Positions 14,714 to 27,052 of a stretch of 64,000 nt of DNA are shown piece by piece. The notes under the pieces are model-generated. The model was not told the DNA's origin and did no database searches. It saw only the letters and a list, made by a program, of their open reading frames with translations. Position numbers and translations under genes: made by a program. Position 1 is the stretch's first letter. Each line of letters begins with the position of its first letter. Source of the stretch: Perna viridis (Eukaryota); the NCBI GenBank assembly GCA_037379345.1, contig CM074518.1:6820001-6884000 (forward strand). Direction: 5' to 3'.

Positions 14714-15957
14714 TGTTAATGTAAATAAGCGTAATTAGTAATTACATGTAATTACTAAAATTTAGCTATTGCAAGTAATTTCTAACTGGTTTGGTAAATA
14801 CACATATTTCTTGATTTTCTTTAGTTATTACTGGTAATTACTAAAAATATTAGACATTTTAACGCTGACTTACTAAGCATATGTTAAATTTTCACATTAT
14901 TGAAAATTGAATATTTAAGTAAACTAAGCAGTGTTGCTGATAAGTTGTTTTTAAAGTAAAAGTAAAATGTGGATCACACGTAGAGTACATGTACAAATAA
15001 TTATTTCTTGTCATTTACGGTGTTAAACATTTTAGCTGACGAGCTGTTTCCATAAATCCTATTCCATATGAAATTTAGAATCTGTAGGTTTTGCAAAATC
15101 TGCAAGATTTGGAAACCCTCTGAAACGAAAAAAAAATCCTGATTAAACACCTAGGGAAGTCGATGCTATTCTGGAACGTACGACAGCTATTAATTACAAC
15201 ATGAGTTTACTGCCATGCTATGATTAAGGCTACCCGAACCAGACTAAAGCATATCCGAACCCTGTAATCCCAACAACTTAGTTGTACAGGGAAAAACAAA
15301 TGGTAATTGTTTGTCAATGGAAGCAGTAAAAAAAATTGTTGCAAGAAGCAACCACATTTTGCGACCCATCGATGGCGACAACATTACATTTTCCATTCTG
15401 AGTGTATAATATAGGGACAGAGTCGACCCTAGAATTGTGCTATGTGTTGTGTCAGCTGTCGATTCTAATTATAAACCGTACATACTCAGTAAAAAAAACC
15501 CAGAATTTCTCGTAAACATTTAAATAATATCACTGATAATAGTGTTTGGCAACATAACAATCCTTTTTAAACGAAAAAGTTATTGTAAAATACAGATGCA
15601 AAACATGCTGTTTGCGCTAAACTTGTATTTTTTTTAACATTTAAAGGCTAATGTTTTATGCAATTCACAGTGTAACAATGATAACACTAAAAAAATAAAT
15701 AACATTTATCATATGTCGTTCTTTCGGTGAATAATTGACTTAATATGGTACAATAATTTTCATCACAAACGTTTTGAAATACGTCTCTTTTATTTCATGT
15801 ATGTTAAAGAAAGATTAGTTATTACCTGCAATTACTGGTCTATTTCTGGTCAATTTAGAAAGCACACATATTTACTGAACGTCCCAGTAATTACACATAA
15901 TTACTAAAATGTTTAGTTATTACTCATAATATCTGATTACGCTTATTTACTGTAACA
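14714..15957. mobile_element. Non-autonomous DNA transposon with long imperfect terminal inverted repeats
   Basis: Left end TGTTAATGTAAATAAGCGTAATTAG matches the reverse complement of the right end, TGTTACAGTAAATAAGCGTAATCAG, at 22/25. Mirrored GTAATTAC/TAATTACTAAAA subterminal motifs extend over ~130 bp. Confidence 0.7.
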
Positions 15958-17806
15958 TATACATATATATATATTGAAGTAAGCTTCTTTCCAATTTTTA
16001 TAATTTATTGATTGTATAATTTAAGAGTGATTGGACTTTATCTCCAACCAGTAGGAAATGCAAGGAACAACTAAAAATAGTTACTATGTATGTTACTGTT
16101 ACCATACAAACTTTCACGGTTGACTAATTTTCTCTATTTATGCGGTGGAAAGAAAAGCATGAAAAATAGTACTTGTGAAATATGATATGTTTACAGTATA
16201 TTAGAATAATTTATCTGCCTTAAATTCTTTAGGAGGAATACAAAAAAGATGTTGGAGTAAGCACACTTATTCATGACAATAAGACAGATCTATTAATGCA
16301 CAGATGGAGATTTCCTTCTCTGTCTATCCATGGTTAGTACGATTGGCTTCATAATTATACACTAACTCAACAAATTAAAATCACCTTACCTTTCCATCCA
16401 TTATTTCCGCTGTCAGTCTGTCCTTCCAAATTTCGTCGCAATTATCTCAATTTCCAATGGATGGATTGATCTTAAAGAGGTATGTTAAGTTCATATCAAA
16501 TTCAACCCTGAAAATAAACATGGATATTGCCTATTTTACAAGTAAATGTGTGTTTGCCTTGCCAACTAAACCCTTTTTTTGTTGTTCACCAATGCATACC
16601 GTGGAAACCTTAATGTAAAGGATGGAGCTAAAATGTTTTAATTCTGCCTAATTGGGGGAAAACACATTATTTTATTATTGTTTTCCTCACAGGAGATGTT
16701 GGTCACATATGTGGACAGCTAAAATATTCCAGCCATGAAAGGCTATTATATCAGGACAGCTTTTGACAAAATACATAGTTATAGTTTTTGATGCATGTAG
16801 CCAGTATATCCAGACCTAACACAATCAACAAACCTCCAAATTTCGTAAAAAGTTACCGGAAATTGCAAAAAAACGATACTTCATTTTAACAGGTAAATTT
16901 TGTAACAGATCCTGAAACTTTTTTGTCCGGGTTAAATAAATTTTATCACAAAAAATATGGCAATAAATCTTTTCAGTGTGTAATCTAAATTTTTCACAGA
17001 ATAGCAGGTCCTGAAACTGTTATAAACGGGTATATCCCTTTGGTATGTGGCTTTATATAGATGAGGTATAGAATATAAGCAACTTTCTTTGTTGGCTGAT
17101 ATCAACTCTCTGTATAAGTGGGGAGGATATCAAATTTCTGTATGAGTGGGGAAGAGCATGACACTTGTGCAGCTTCATTTTAAAGTACTGCAGAATTATC
17201 TTTATATTAAAATGAGGCTTGGTATTTTTCATCCCATTTCAAACTTAATTCCGTCATTAATATTTTGACAATAATGACTGTGATTGTTTTTCTTTTACAG
17301 ATTTATTTAAATTTGAACACTGCTTTAGTTTAATAATTATGAATGGAAATTCTGAAATGCTTGAAATGTGTATATTAATAAAATCATTTTTATAATTTAG
17401 TTACTGCAGAAATACGTCAAGAAATTTTAAACATATTAAGTTTGTTGATTACACAATAAATTCTTAATCCTATTATTAATATTTTATGAGTATCAAACAG
17501 GAAGTGAAGAGAAGTTATTTTAACCAAGTACGGAAATTTAAATGAATAAAAAGTGTCTAGTTTTGGAAAATCTTCTGTTCGTCAAATAAAATATTTTCAT
17601 AAGCTAAATATGTAATTATTTTTATTGTAGTATAATACAGTCTAGGATAATTACTCAGTTAAAATAGTTTTTGAATGTAAATGCAAACGTTGGACAGTTT
17701 AAAAATTTGTTGGGAAAATGTGAAATGGAACAAAATTTGTGTATGTGTTGGAAGATGGATACTGTGTAACTATTTATTACTGTCAATACTTTAGAAATTC
17801 AGTACT

Positions 17807-18000
17807 AAGAGTAATCAAGGGAACCAAGGTTATAGCGGTAATCAATAAATGCAATCCAGGGACAGACCAGACATGGAAAACATACATACACAACAAAGAA
17901 CATAAAGTAACTAAAATCATACATACAAAGTAACAAAAGTAAATGAGCAACTCGGACTCTACTAAAACCTGGGAGCATGGACCAGGTGCACCGGTAGGAT
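17807..18000 (-). mobile_element. Penelope-like element 3' tail
   Basis: Near-identical reverse complement of 23920-24115. Confidence 0.85.
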
Positions 18001-19021
18001 TGACATTCAATTTCTACATGTTAGGAAAAAACAGTTTTAAATATATGGGAAACACAAATGTATGATTACAGTTTTATTTTACATCAAGTAATCTTTGAAA
18101 GTTTATGCGTGCTACAATTTGAACCAGAAATCAAAAACCTCCAGTTCTAACAGCACTTTGATTCTATGTCTTTCTGGGTCGACAATATGCACTGTTAATA
18201 CAAAGAAAATCCTTAATTTCACTTTAAATGTATTTCCCGGTTTAACCAATATTGGGAATGGAATATGCATTACGAAACATTTTCAAAATATGAAAACTTT
18301 CCAGAACATTTATAATGTATTGAAATAATGAATATATTGACATTCTTATGTGTGTATGTGTATGTCCCAGATTTTGAATTGTGAAGAGTGGACCTTACTA
18401 AAACTTCATTATCGTGATACAGGGGAGATGGTTACTTTAATTTGATTTTTGTCATTTGATATTTCACAGAAACTTGATATATGTGGATTTTATCTATGCA
18501 TCTACGTTTTTACCGGTATTAATTGTTTTTATGTTCCTTTCCAGGAATTGAGGGTGCATTTTCTGGAGCAGGAGCGAAGACAGTTATTCCAAGGAAAGTG
18601 ATTGGTAAATTTTCTATGAGATTGGTACCTGATCAGCTCCCTGATGAGGTGGAACAGAAAGTCAAGAAGCATGTCATGGATGTTTGGAAAAGGCATGGAA
18701 GTCCGAATAAAATAAGGTTTGTACAGAACAAAAAAGTACCAGTTTTATATATTTTAAACTATTGTATCGATATGCTGTGCGGGTGTTTCAAGGACTAACC
18801 CCTCATCAGCAGCATAAAAAACAAATATTTAGGAAAATCATAATCAAAATATTTGTTGTATACAAGAATGTTAGTATATATACCACATTCTTAAATTGGC
18901 AAACACCTGCAACGAATGTCATAAAATCTTAGACTAAGATATTAATTTTATGGCGTCCACGTTAAGACTTTCATGTTAAATTTTGAGGTCAGTTTAGTAT
19001 AAACAACTTAAGTTAGGTAAT

Positions 19022-19376
19022 AGTAATCAAGGGAACCAAGGTTATAGCGGTAATCAAAAAATGCAATCCAGGGACAAAGACCAGACATGGAAAACAGACA
19101 TACACAACAAAGAACATAAAACTGAAATCATACACACGAAGTAATAAAAGCAAATGAGCAATTCGGACTCCACTAAATACTGGGTGCATGGACCAGGTGC
19201 ACCGGTAGGATAACCGTCCTCTGCCTTTCTAGAAACACCCGCCGAGTTGCTCAGAAAAATTCAAGTCCGGGGTAGACAAATGAAAAAAGGAAAACTATGT
19301 CCCGTTGAATAAATCAGTTTTCATGGTGCAGATGGATACACCATAACGATCCACGAGTTCATATTGACGATCATAT
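19022..19376 (-). mobile_element. Penelope-like element 3' end (RT C-terminus plus tail)
   Basis: Reverse complement of 23765-24113, including the ELVDRYGVSIC..KTDLFN coding end. Confidence 0.85.
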
Positions 19377-20289
19377 AACATAGAATTAGTAAAATGTCAG
19401 CATCAATCAAGTTTTAAAAAAAACAGCAACTGTGACTGACAGGCGAGTCGTATCTCTTTGATAACAGTTAATTATACATTGTATCTTTTTTATCCTTTTG
19501 CCAATGACATTGAATAGAGGTTTCTGTTACCATCAATATGTCTGTCAGCTGTGTCGGTCCGTGATGTACATATTTCCATTAGATTAACCAAATGTGGTAA
19601 TTTTGTTGTCTTCAGGAAAGTCTGATCCTTATTTTTTTCTAAGTTACTGTTATTGTCACAGGGTAAAATTGTATATTAAAATTTGACCTACATTTCATCA
19701 AAAAAGCCGAAAACTTTGTTGGATGTAGTTATTAGTATCAGTAGCATTAAATCCTGAATGGCTAATATTAGTAGATTATACCTAAAATAGAAATTTTGCT
19801 TTACTTTATAAGTGTTCTTGCAAGTTAAATGTTTTCCCCAAACAGTTAAGGGCTTTCATCTATTACAATTATTAGCGATTCATGAAATGAGTATAATTCT
19901 TCTTTCTATCAACTTTGGTGGAAATATATTCAAACATAGCTACTTACTCATACTTGCTTTACAACTTCATAAAATTTGTATTTGGTTGGTTTAAAACAAG
20001 ATCGTAAAGACACCTATTCATGCACTTAAAATTATGTCTTTAGACATGCAACAAGTTAATATACATGTGTTACTTTTTAAAAAATGCTATTTAATGGAAA
20101 AAGTATCAATATAGACACTTCCTGTGATCTAAACTGTCTTAAATAACTGCTTTGATATTTTACAGTGTATCAATGGGTTAAGCAGGTAAACCATAGCTTA
20201 GTGATTTTAAAGATCCTAACTATATAGCTGGCAAAAATGCAATGAAAACAGGTAACAAATTAGTGTTATGCTTATTCATTATATAGCTA

Positions 20290-21250
20290 TATACTTATAC
20301 AGGTATATAGTTTTCATCCTGTCTATCCGTCTGTTTGTGCATTTGTTCTTCCGTCTGTATGTCTGCACTATTTTCTAAGCAGCTTGCAGCATATAACTAT
20401 GTGGCGATTTACATAGTGTCAGGAATGTTTGGACAAAAATTGTGAAAATGACAGTTGTTGAAATTAGGCATTTTTTCAGCAAAACTTGGTTTGATGTGTT
20501 GTCCCCAACTCCTCCCCAACAAGGATTATTCTGAAACTTCATAGGGTGTTTTATTATCAAATTAGGATGTGCATATTGTCAGGAAGAGTAATCAAGGGAA
20601 CCAAGGTTATAGCGGTAATCAAAAGAATGTAATCCAGGGACAAAGACCAGACATGGAAAACAGTCTTTGTCCCTGGATTACATTACCGTTATAACCTTGG
20701 TTCTCTTGATTACTCTTTGAACTTAAGCATATTTCCGCCAAACTTTATCTGATGCATTTTCCGCAGCTCCTCCTTAACATCTTGCAGGATTTTAATGAAA
20801 CTCAATGGACTGTAAGATTACCATATTGAATGTGCACGTTGTCGGGAAGGTATGTTTGGGGAAAAATTGTAGAAGTGACGGCTGTTTGAACATCGGAACT
20901 GTTCAGCAAAACTTGGCTGATGTGTTGTCCGCATGTCCTTAACAACTTGCAGTATTAGTATAAAATTTAATGGGGTGTTAAATTACCAGGTATGTGGGTG
21001 CACATATTGTCATAAATTTATGTTGAAAGAAAATTTGCATTCATAATCTGTCATTGTTTTGTTATCTGCACAACAATAGTACTGATTGTGGTTTGGAGTT
21101 GGGTGTTTTAGAAATGGCATCGAAGTTGTGTTTAAAAAGTCTCTAGTCTATCCAAAACAAATTGTGTCCAATATGAATCGTGTGATCCTCAGATTTACAG
21201 GGTAAAACAAGCTGCGGGGGTATTAGTCCCTCTCAGGGGCAAAGCCTAGT
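20290..21250. mobile_element. Helentron/pearl-like non-autonomous element interrupted by a Penelope fold-back
   Basis: A GTCT/CCGT microsatellite lies at ~20320-20365. Three internal repeats of AAACTT..TGATG..TT.TCC.CA.CTCCT occur at ~20480, ~20740 and ~20908. The terminal sequence is GCGGGGGTATTAGTCCCTCTCAGGGGC. Confidence 0.55.
20584..20717. repeat. Inverted (fold-back) pair of Penelope-like 3' termini
   Basis: Arm 20584-20647 is the reverse complement of arm 20663-20717, apart from one small internal deletion, around a 15-nt loop. Confidence 0.85.
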
Positions 21251-22589
21251 TTGTATGTTTATAATACACCACCATGTTGTTATGGGTAATGTCAGGAAAG
21301 TGACATACTTCAATCAATTCTTAAGTATGAACATCATTTCCAATTTAAAGTTGTCGAGCCATCCATATTCGTAGGCTCTGTCCTACTACACAAAAAACAA
21401 GATTTGTGCATTGTCAAAATTTTATGTACAAGCCCAGTATTTAGCATATTTATGGGTTCTTAAGCATTACACAATTTGCTAATCTACTTTTAAACATTGT
21501 CGTTATTGTTGTATGTTTTTGTTTTGTTCTATTTTTGGAGTTTTTCTTTTTGTTTTTTTATAGGATGATGACATAGGTCCAGACATGTAATTAGATTTTT
21601 TAAAAGAAGCTGAGAAGAATTTTTTTATTTCTATTATCTATTATGTTTCAGTCGTTGGAGTAGAACCCGATTTGACTGGAGAATGTGGTAGTATTCCAGT
21701 CACTTTAACATTGCAAGAAGCTACTGGAAAAATGTGATTCTGCTCCCTATTGTTGCCTCAGATGATGGTGCCAACTGCCAGGATGAGAAGATTGATCGCA
21801 GCAATTATATCAATGGAGTAAGTTTATCATTTAAGTTTAGAGATACTGAATTTATTCACAAAAGCGTTTTTTTAACAGAATTGATATCGTTTCTAATTGT
21901 TAACCAAGATTAATAAAGTTGCCATGATCGTGAACAATACCTAAAACTGTGAAACAAAGTATCAGTAAAAGTAAGCTATTCCTTCTCTAATTGTTATTTT
22001 TGTCTGTGATTAAAATGCCATGGTTTGTAATGAACGTCCATACACACTTATATAGTTACTAGTGTTAGTTTTCAATAATTTTATACACCCCCCAGCAAGA
22101 ATAGTTTGGAAGGAAACAAAGTACATGTACAGTAATCCCTTAATTGAAAAAAAAAGAGAATATATACTAAATCTGCATATATTTAGGTGAAAGTGATGGC
22201 AGCGTACATGATAGAACAGGCCCGAATTTCCTAGCATGGTTCAGACAGGACAAACACTGCCTCCAATAAACAGAATAAGCTACAAAACTTTTTGTGGTAG
22301 TGGTTATAGTTATTTATATACATTATACACAAATTGTTCTTGTGTTATAACAGTCAACATTCAGGTTTTGTAATCTTTGTTCATATGTGGGAAATGTTAT
22401 ATTTAGGACGTGGTTTGTACAGTCTTTTTGCTGTTGCGATATTTCTTTTCTCAGTTCTAAAAGGAAAATACTGACGGAACATTCTTAGGGTGCTTTCTAA
22501 TTAATAAAGTACATTTTATATTATTACAGTTCCCATACTAAACACCATCTCTGTGAACTGATGTCTAATTTATTTTGTATGCAACTTCA

Positions 22590-22745
22590 AAATGTAATGT
22601 TTTGTAGATACAAAAATACCATATTTATACATTGGAAATTTCGATATGTTGTACACGTGTTTCAAGGAGTAACCTCTTATCAGCAGCATTAAAATCAAAT
22701 ATGTAGGAAGATCATAATCAAAGTATCAGTTGTATATAAGGAGTA
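22590..22745 (+). repeat. Diverged duplicate of the start of CNDP2 intron 11
   Basis: GTGTTTCAAGGAGTAACCTCTTATCAGCAGCATTAAAATCAAATATGTAGGAAGATCATAATCAAA aligns with 18783-18848. Similarity extends back toward the 18717 donor. Confidence 0.7.
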
Positions 22746-23270
22746 CTCAAAATCAAAACTATCGAAAGAGGTAGCCAAATCCATCACCGAGAGGTTCTAC
22801 CGTATGCAATGCAGGCGTATATGATCAGAACCCATGTCTCAATTCTTTTTGCCAGAGTGAAGTTAAAATATCATGTTTTTTTATGAATGTTTCATTATAC
22901 TTTTGTGGACAATCTATAAATTACAATAGTTCAAAATAAAATATTGCTATCTTTTCCTCTATGGAGTTGTTCTCAAGGTATAAAACTATGATGCTCTAAT
23001 AAAGTGTACCTGCAAAAACCTGTAATCACTATAAAAATATAATTACTTCCTGATCAATATACAATTACCATGTTGGGGGTACTCTGAATATTCAGAACTA
23101 GTAGGTAGAGATGCAATCAAACAATCCATGTACATGTAATATCAGCACAAACATACATTGGATTTACATGTCATCAATGAAGTTGTTCTACTTCCAAAGT
23201 AAACAACCCAATTTACTGCTCAGTATACAGTAAAGCTCATTTAAAACCAAATAACTCGGGCAATAACTGA

Positions 23271-23302
23271 TTTGGAGTAGAACCAGATTTGACTAGAGAG
23301 GG
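23271..23302 (+). pseudogene. CNDP2: 32-nt CNDP2 exon-13 fragment (FGVEPDLTREG)
   Basis: 27/32 identical to 21654-21685, and encodes the conserved F, R and G residues that the pseudogene has lost. Confidence 0.75.
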
Positions 23303-24115
23303 ACTTTATAGCTGATCTGATCCGAAGGAAAGAATATCGTTTAGCTAGATCCTTTAATCTCAGTTTCCGCTATATAGATGACGTGTTATCTTTAAACAAT
23401 CCTAATTTCGGGGATTTGATACATCGCATTTACCCAAAAGAACTTGAGATAAAGCATACTACAGATACTGTGAAGTCAGCCTCATATCTTGACCTACACT
23501 TAGAAATCGATGGTAAAGGAAAACTATTGACCAAACTTTACGACAAACGTGATGACTTTTCATCCAAAATTGTCAACTTTCCTTTCATTTGTGGCAACAT
23601 CCCTTAAGCACCTGCGTATGGAGTGTTCATATTACAACTCATACGTTATGCCAGAGTTTGCCGAGACTACGCACACTTTTTGTATCGCGCTAGAATTCTC
23701 ACAAATAGGCTTCTGGAGCAGAGTTATGTTGCTACAAGATTGAAGTCATCACTACATGGGTTTTATGGTCGTCATCATGAACTTGTGGATCGTTACGGAG
23801 TATCCATCTGCGCCATGAAAACTGATTTGTTCAATGTATCATAGTTTTCCTTTCCTCTACCCTGGACTTGATTTTTATGAGCAACTCGGCGGGTGTTTCT
23901 AGAAAAGCAGAAGATGCTTACCCTACCAGTGCACCTGGTCCATGCTCCCATTTTTTAGTGGAGTCCGAGTTGCTCATTTACTTTTGTTACTTTGTATGTA
24001 TTATTTTATTTACTTCATGTTCGTTGTTGTGTATGTCTGTTTTCCATGTCTGGTCTTCGTCTCTGGATTACATTTTTTTGATTACCGCTATAACCTTGGT
24101 TCCCTTGATTACTCT
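23302..24115 (+). mobile_element. 5'-truncated Penelope-like retroelement (RT YIDD region to 3' tail)
   Basis: Reads [78 protein letters not shown], then a tail ending CCCTTGATTACTCT. Confidence 0.92.
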
Positions 24116-27017
24116 CTCTCCATTTAGGCAGGTGTTTCAGTTTATAAAGGTTTAAGATATGAAGGAACTCATATTATTTATAAGGTTTATATAAAGACTA
24201 AAACAACATTCATCAGTATATATTTAATTTGAATCACAGATACAATTTATACATTTCAATTTCTTAAAATACAGAATCATCCATATCACATGTAAAAATG
24301 ACAAAATCAAAGCAAAATAACCTTTCATAAATATACCTACTAACTCATAAAGCCTCACAAGCAGAAAAAAAAACAATGGCAATGTTACAGTACTCATAAA
24401 CCACTTATTGGAATAGTAATTATGGTGTTGCCCAAATAAGATGTCTCATCTTGAATTGTATATACTCCTAAAATATCAAAAAGGTCAAAAGCAATCTACT
24501 GGATACCTAAACACATCAAGGTGTTCACATAACTGGGTATTAAAGCAGAGGGTATCCAATCATATCACAAAATTCAACTTATTTGACTTATTACTCCGTG
24601 GATGTGTAAACTGTTTGGACAAATATTGGAAACCATTGCAAATACAGCAATAATGAGATCAAAATAGCACAGTGATCAGTTGGTAAAAATACGGCAAAAT
24701 TGAAATAAAATACCTTCACTTAAAAATGCAGAAAATAAAACTTTTCTTGTTTAAAATGGTTTTAGCAAATAGTCAATTACACTGGGGTTATATGGCAGTA
24801 TATGGACCAATATGGCGTCATGAGAATGAAAGGGACTGTAGCATAAACTTATCAGTCCATATACTGCCGTTTGACCTAAAGTACATATAGAATTACAGCA
24901 GTTTTAAAGTTGAGACAATAAATAAAGTGACCTCAACAGGGCAAGATGTGATGTTCTGTCGAGACGTTCAAAACTAACGTTATTCTGTTCATAGATGATG
25001 TTATGTAACGTCATTGGATATAGTTTATATTTTTTAGTATTACGACAGTAGCTTGAAATAAGAAATTATAGGCAGAAAAAAACAATGGAAAATTTGTTAA
25101 GTTGCCAATAAAATGAGCTATTTGCTTTTATCTTACTTTTAAATAAAAAGATGACCTTCCCAGATGGCATGTTTATGTTTATGTAAAGGCCAAAACAATC
25201 CAAAACAGGGCTGTCAATATAATTAAATATTACGTCCAACATAGTATAAAAAGAGCAATATAGCATTCTGTGTTCTGTATATTTTTCATGCATACATAGG
25301 AAATAAAATCTTAAAAGTATAATATATCTACATAGAAGGAGGAGACTTTCCACTATCAAAGGCAAAAAAACTGCATTGATCTTAGAATTAAACACATTAT
25401 TTCAAAGTATAAAACTGCAATGCTTACACTGCACCAGTTCTGTAAATATAATGATTTTTGTGCTGTACTTCATGTACCACTGCTATTAACCAGTTGGTAA
25501 TTAGTAATCCAAGGTCACCATGATGTAATATTTTCTCTAGCTACACATTAAATAAAAAGCTATAATTTATTCCAGATGAAAATGTCAGGGTAAAATAAGA
25601 AATTAATTGCAGTAACTTATGTTAGCATGTAAGACTTGTTCATACTACCTAAGCACAATTTTTTCTCGAAAGTACAAAAATCAAAATTGCATTCAGGTCT
25701 AGAAACAAATAAGCAATAATACATGCACAAAGTAGTTTCCAAATTACCATTAAATGAAACCAATTAAAACATCAGTAAGATAAGAATTTGAGCTGAACTT
25801 AACACATATGAAAAAAATGTTCTCTGGAAGTAGACTACATTCAGACAGATTGTGATAAAATATTTAACACAACACGCAAAAAATTCAGCATACTTGTGAA
25901 CATGAAAGGTTAACTTTTCATGAGAATTTTGATTTCGGTTTGAGCCAATAAATGATGCAAAAAATTTAAACTATAAATACAGAAGAATCTTAACAATGTT
26001 AGACTTAAAACCCAATAAATGAAACTGATGTGTATTCAAATCTTGTCAGAAATATAACTCAATCAATAATTTACACTTGTATTCTGTTCTGTTGATTACA
26101 GAACATTGAGTTTCAATATTTACATTTAAAATTCTAATATTCTAAAGAAATTGATTGAGAAACAATGTAATGAAAATAAAACATCTAGGACATACATGTA
26201 TATCGGTACACCTGTCAAAACTACATGCTGGTATCAAACTACATGTATTTCATTGCTTAGTAGTAACAGTAAATTGCACAAGAAATACAATGATCTGGAA
26301 TATCTATGTTAAATAGTAAATTCAATCAGCACAGACAGGTTTATGGTTATAATAATATCAACTGAAAGCTTGCATTGAATCTGGCATAAAAACCTGAGCA
26401 AAATATGAGGCAAGCATGAGACTAACACAGACATTTTCTGATTATGTGTATTACTGGATATTTAAATAGTGTAGCAACTATACATTGTAATTATTTATGC
26501 TTTGTAGATATTATGATAGTGCTATCTAAATAGTGTGGTATTATAACAAAGAATGGCTGAAGGCAAACGTTAATAATTAAAATTAGTCTAGATTATGCAT
26601 AACAATCTTTGGTTTGAGAATTATGATAAAAATATAAGCTCCATGAAGAGATATTTTAGACTGTCTGACTCTAGAGCAATGCCAATTTCAAGATTTAAGA
26701 TTCAATGTCTTATAAGATCAAGACTAGGTTTTAAAAAATATATCTCAAACTGAGACTTTTTTCTCTAATCTTGATTTCAAGCATTTTAATTGGGTGAATT
26801 TTGAATGGAAGATTTAAGTCAGGGAAGCAAAAAACAATCATTAGAAATGCAAAAATAATATAAAATCACAGAGCCTGATTAAATTAAGTATGTTGAATAG
26901 TCATATTGGTTTTTACCGAAGCTTGTTTTTAAAACAATCATCTAATTCAAAGTAATTTATCCACAGAACTTTAAAACCACTGAGACTAAAAAGAGTTGTA
27001 TATATTAACTGGTATAT

Positions 27018-27019
<2 letters not shown>

Positions 27020-27047
<28 letters not shown>
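27020..27047. repeat. (CA)14 microsatellite
   Basis: Read directly from the sequence. Confidence 0.95.

Positions 27048-27052
<5 letters not shown>

Larger units (their letters stand above)
5451..21817 (+). pseudogene. CNDP2: Cytosolic non-specific dipeptidase (M20 family) unprocessed pseudogene, 13 exons
   Basis: Exons: 5451-5509, 6271-6394, 8445-8615, 11447-11527, 12062-12136, 12760-12839, 13259-13332, 13883-13957, 14425-14558, 16233-16332, 18545-18716, 20166-20251, 21652-21817. Motifs: [67 protein letters not shown]. Lesions: -1 frameshift at ~12770 (EGMEE); deletion frameshift with TGA at 14537; donor ATAAGT at 14559; TAA at 20179 and TAG at 20194; -1 frameshift at ~21730; GAHSQNE changed to GANCQDE; terminal exon not found. 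Confidence 0.93.

Noticed and set aside
11182-24155. Recurring hydrophobic ORFs (11182-11421, 17783-18010, 23868-24155, 23942-24127) resembling a small membrane-protein family
   Set aside because: All are translations of the T-rich Penelope 3' tail, in inconsistent frames.
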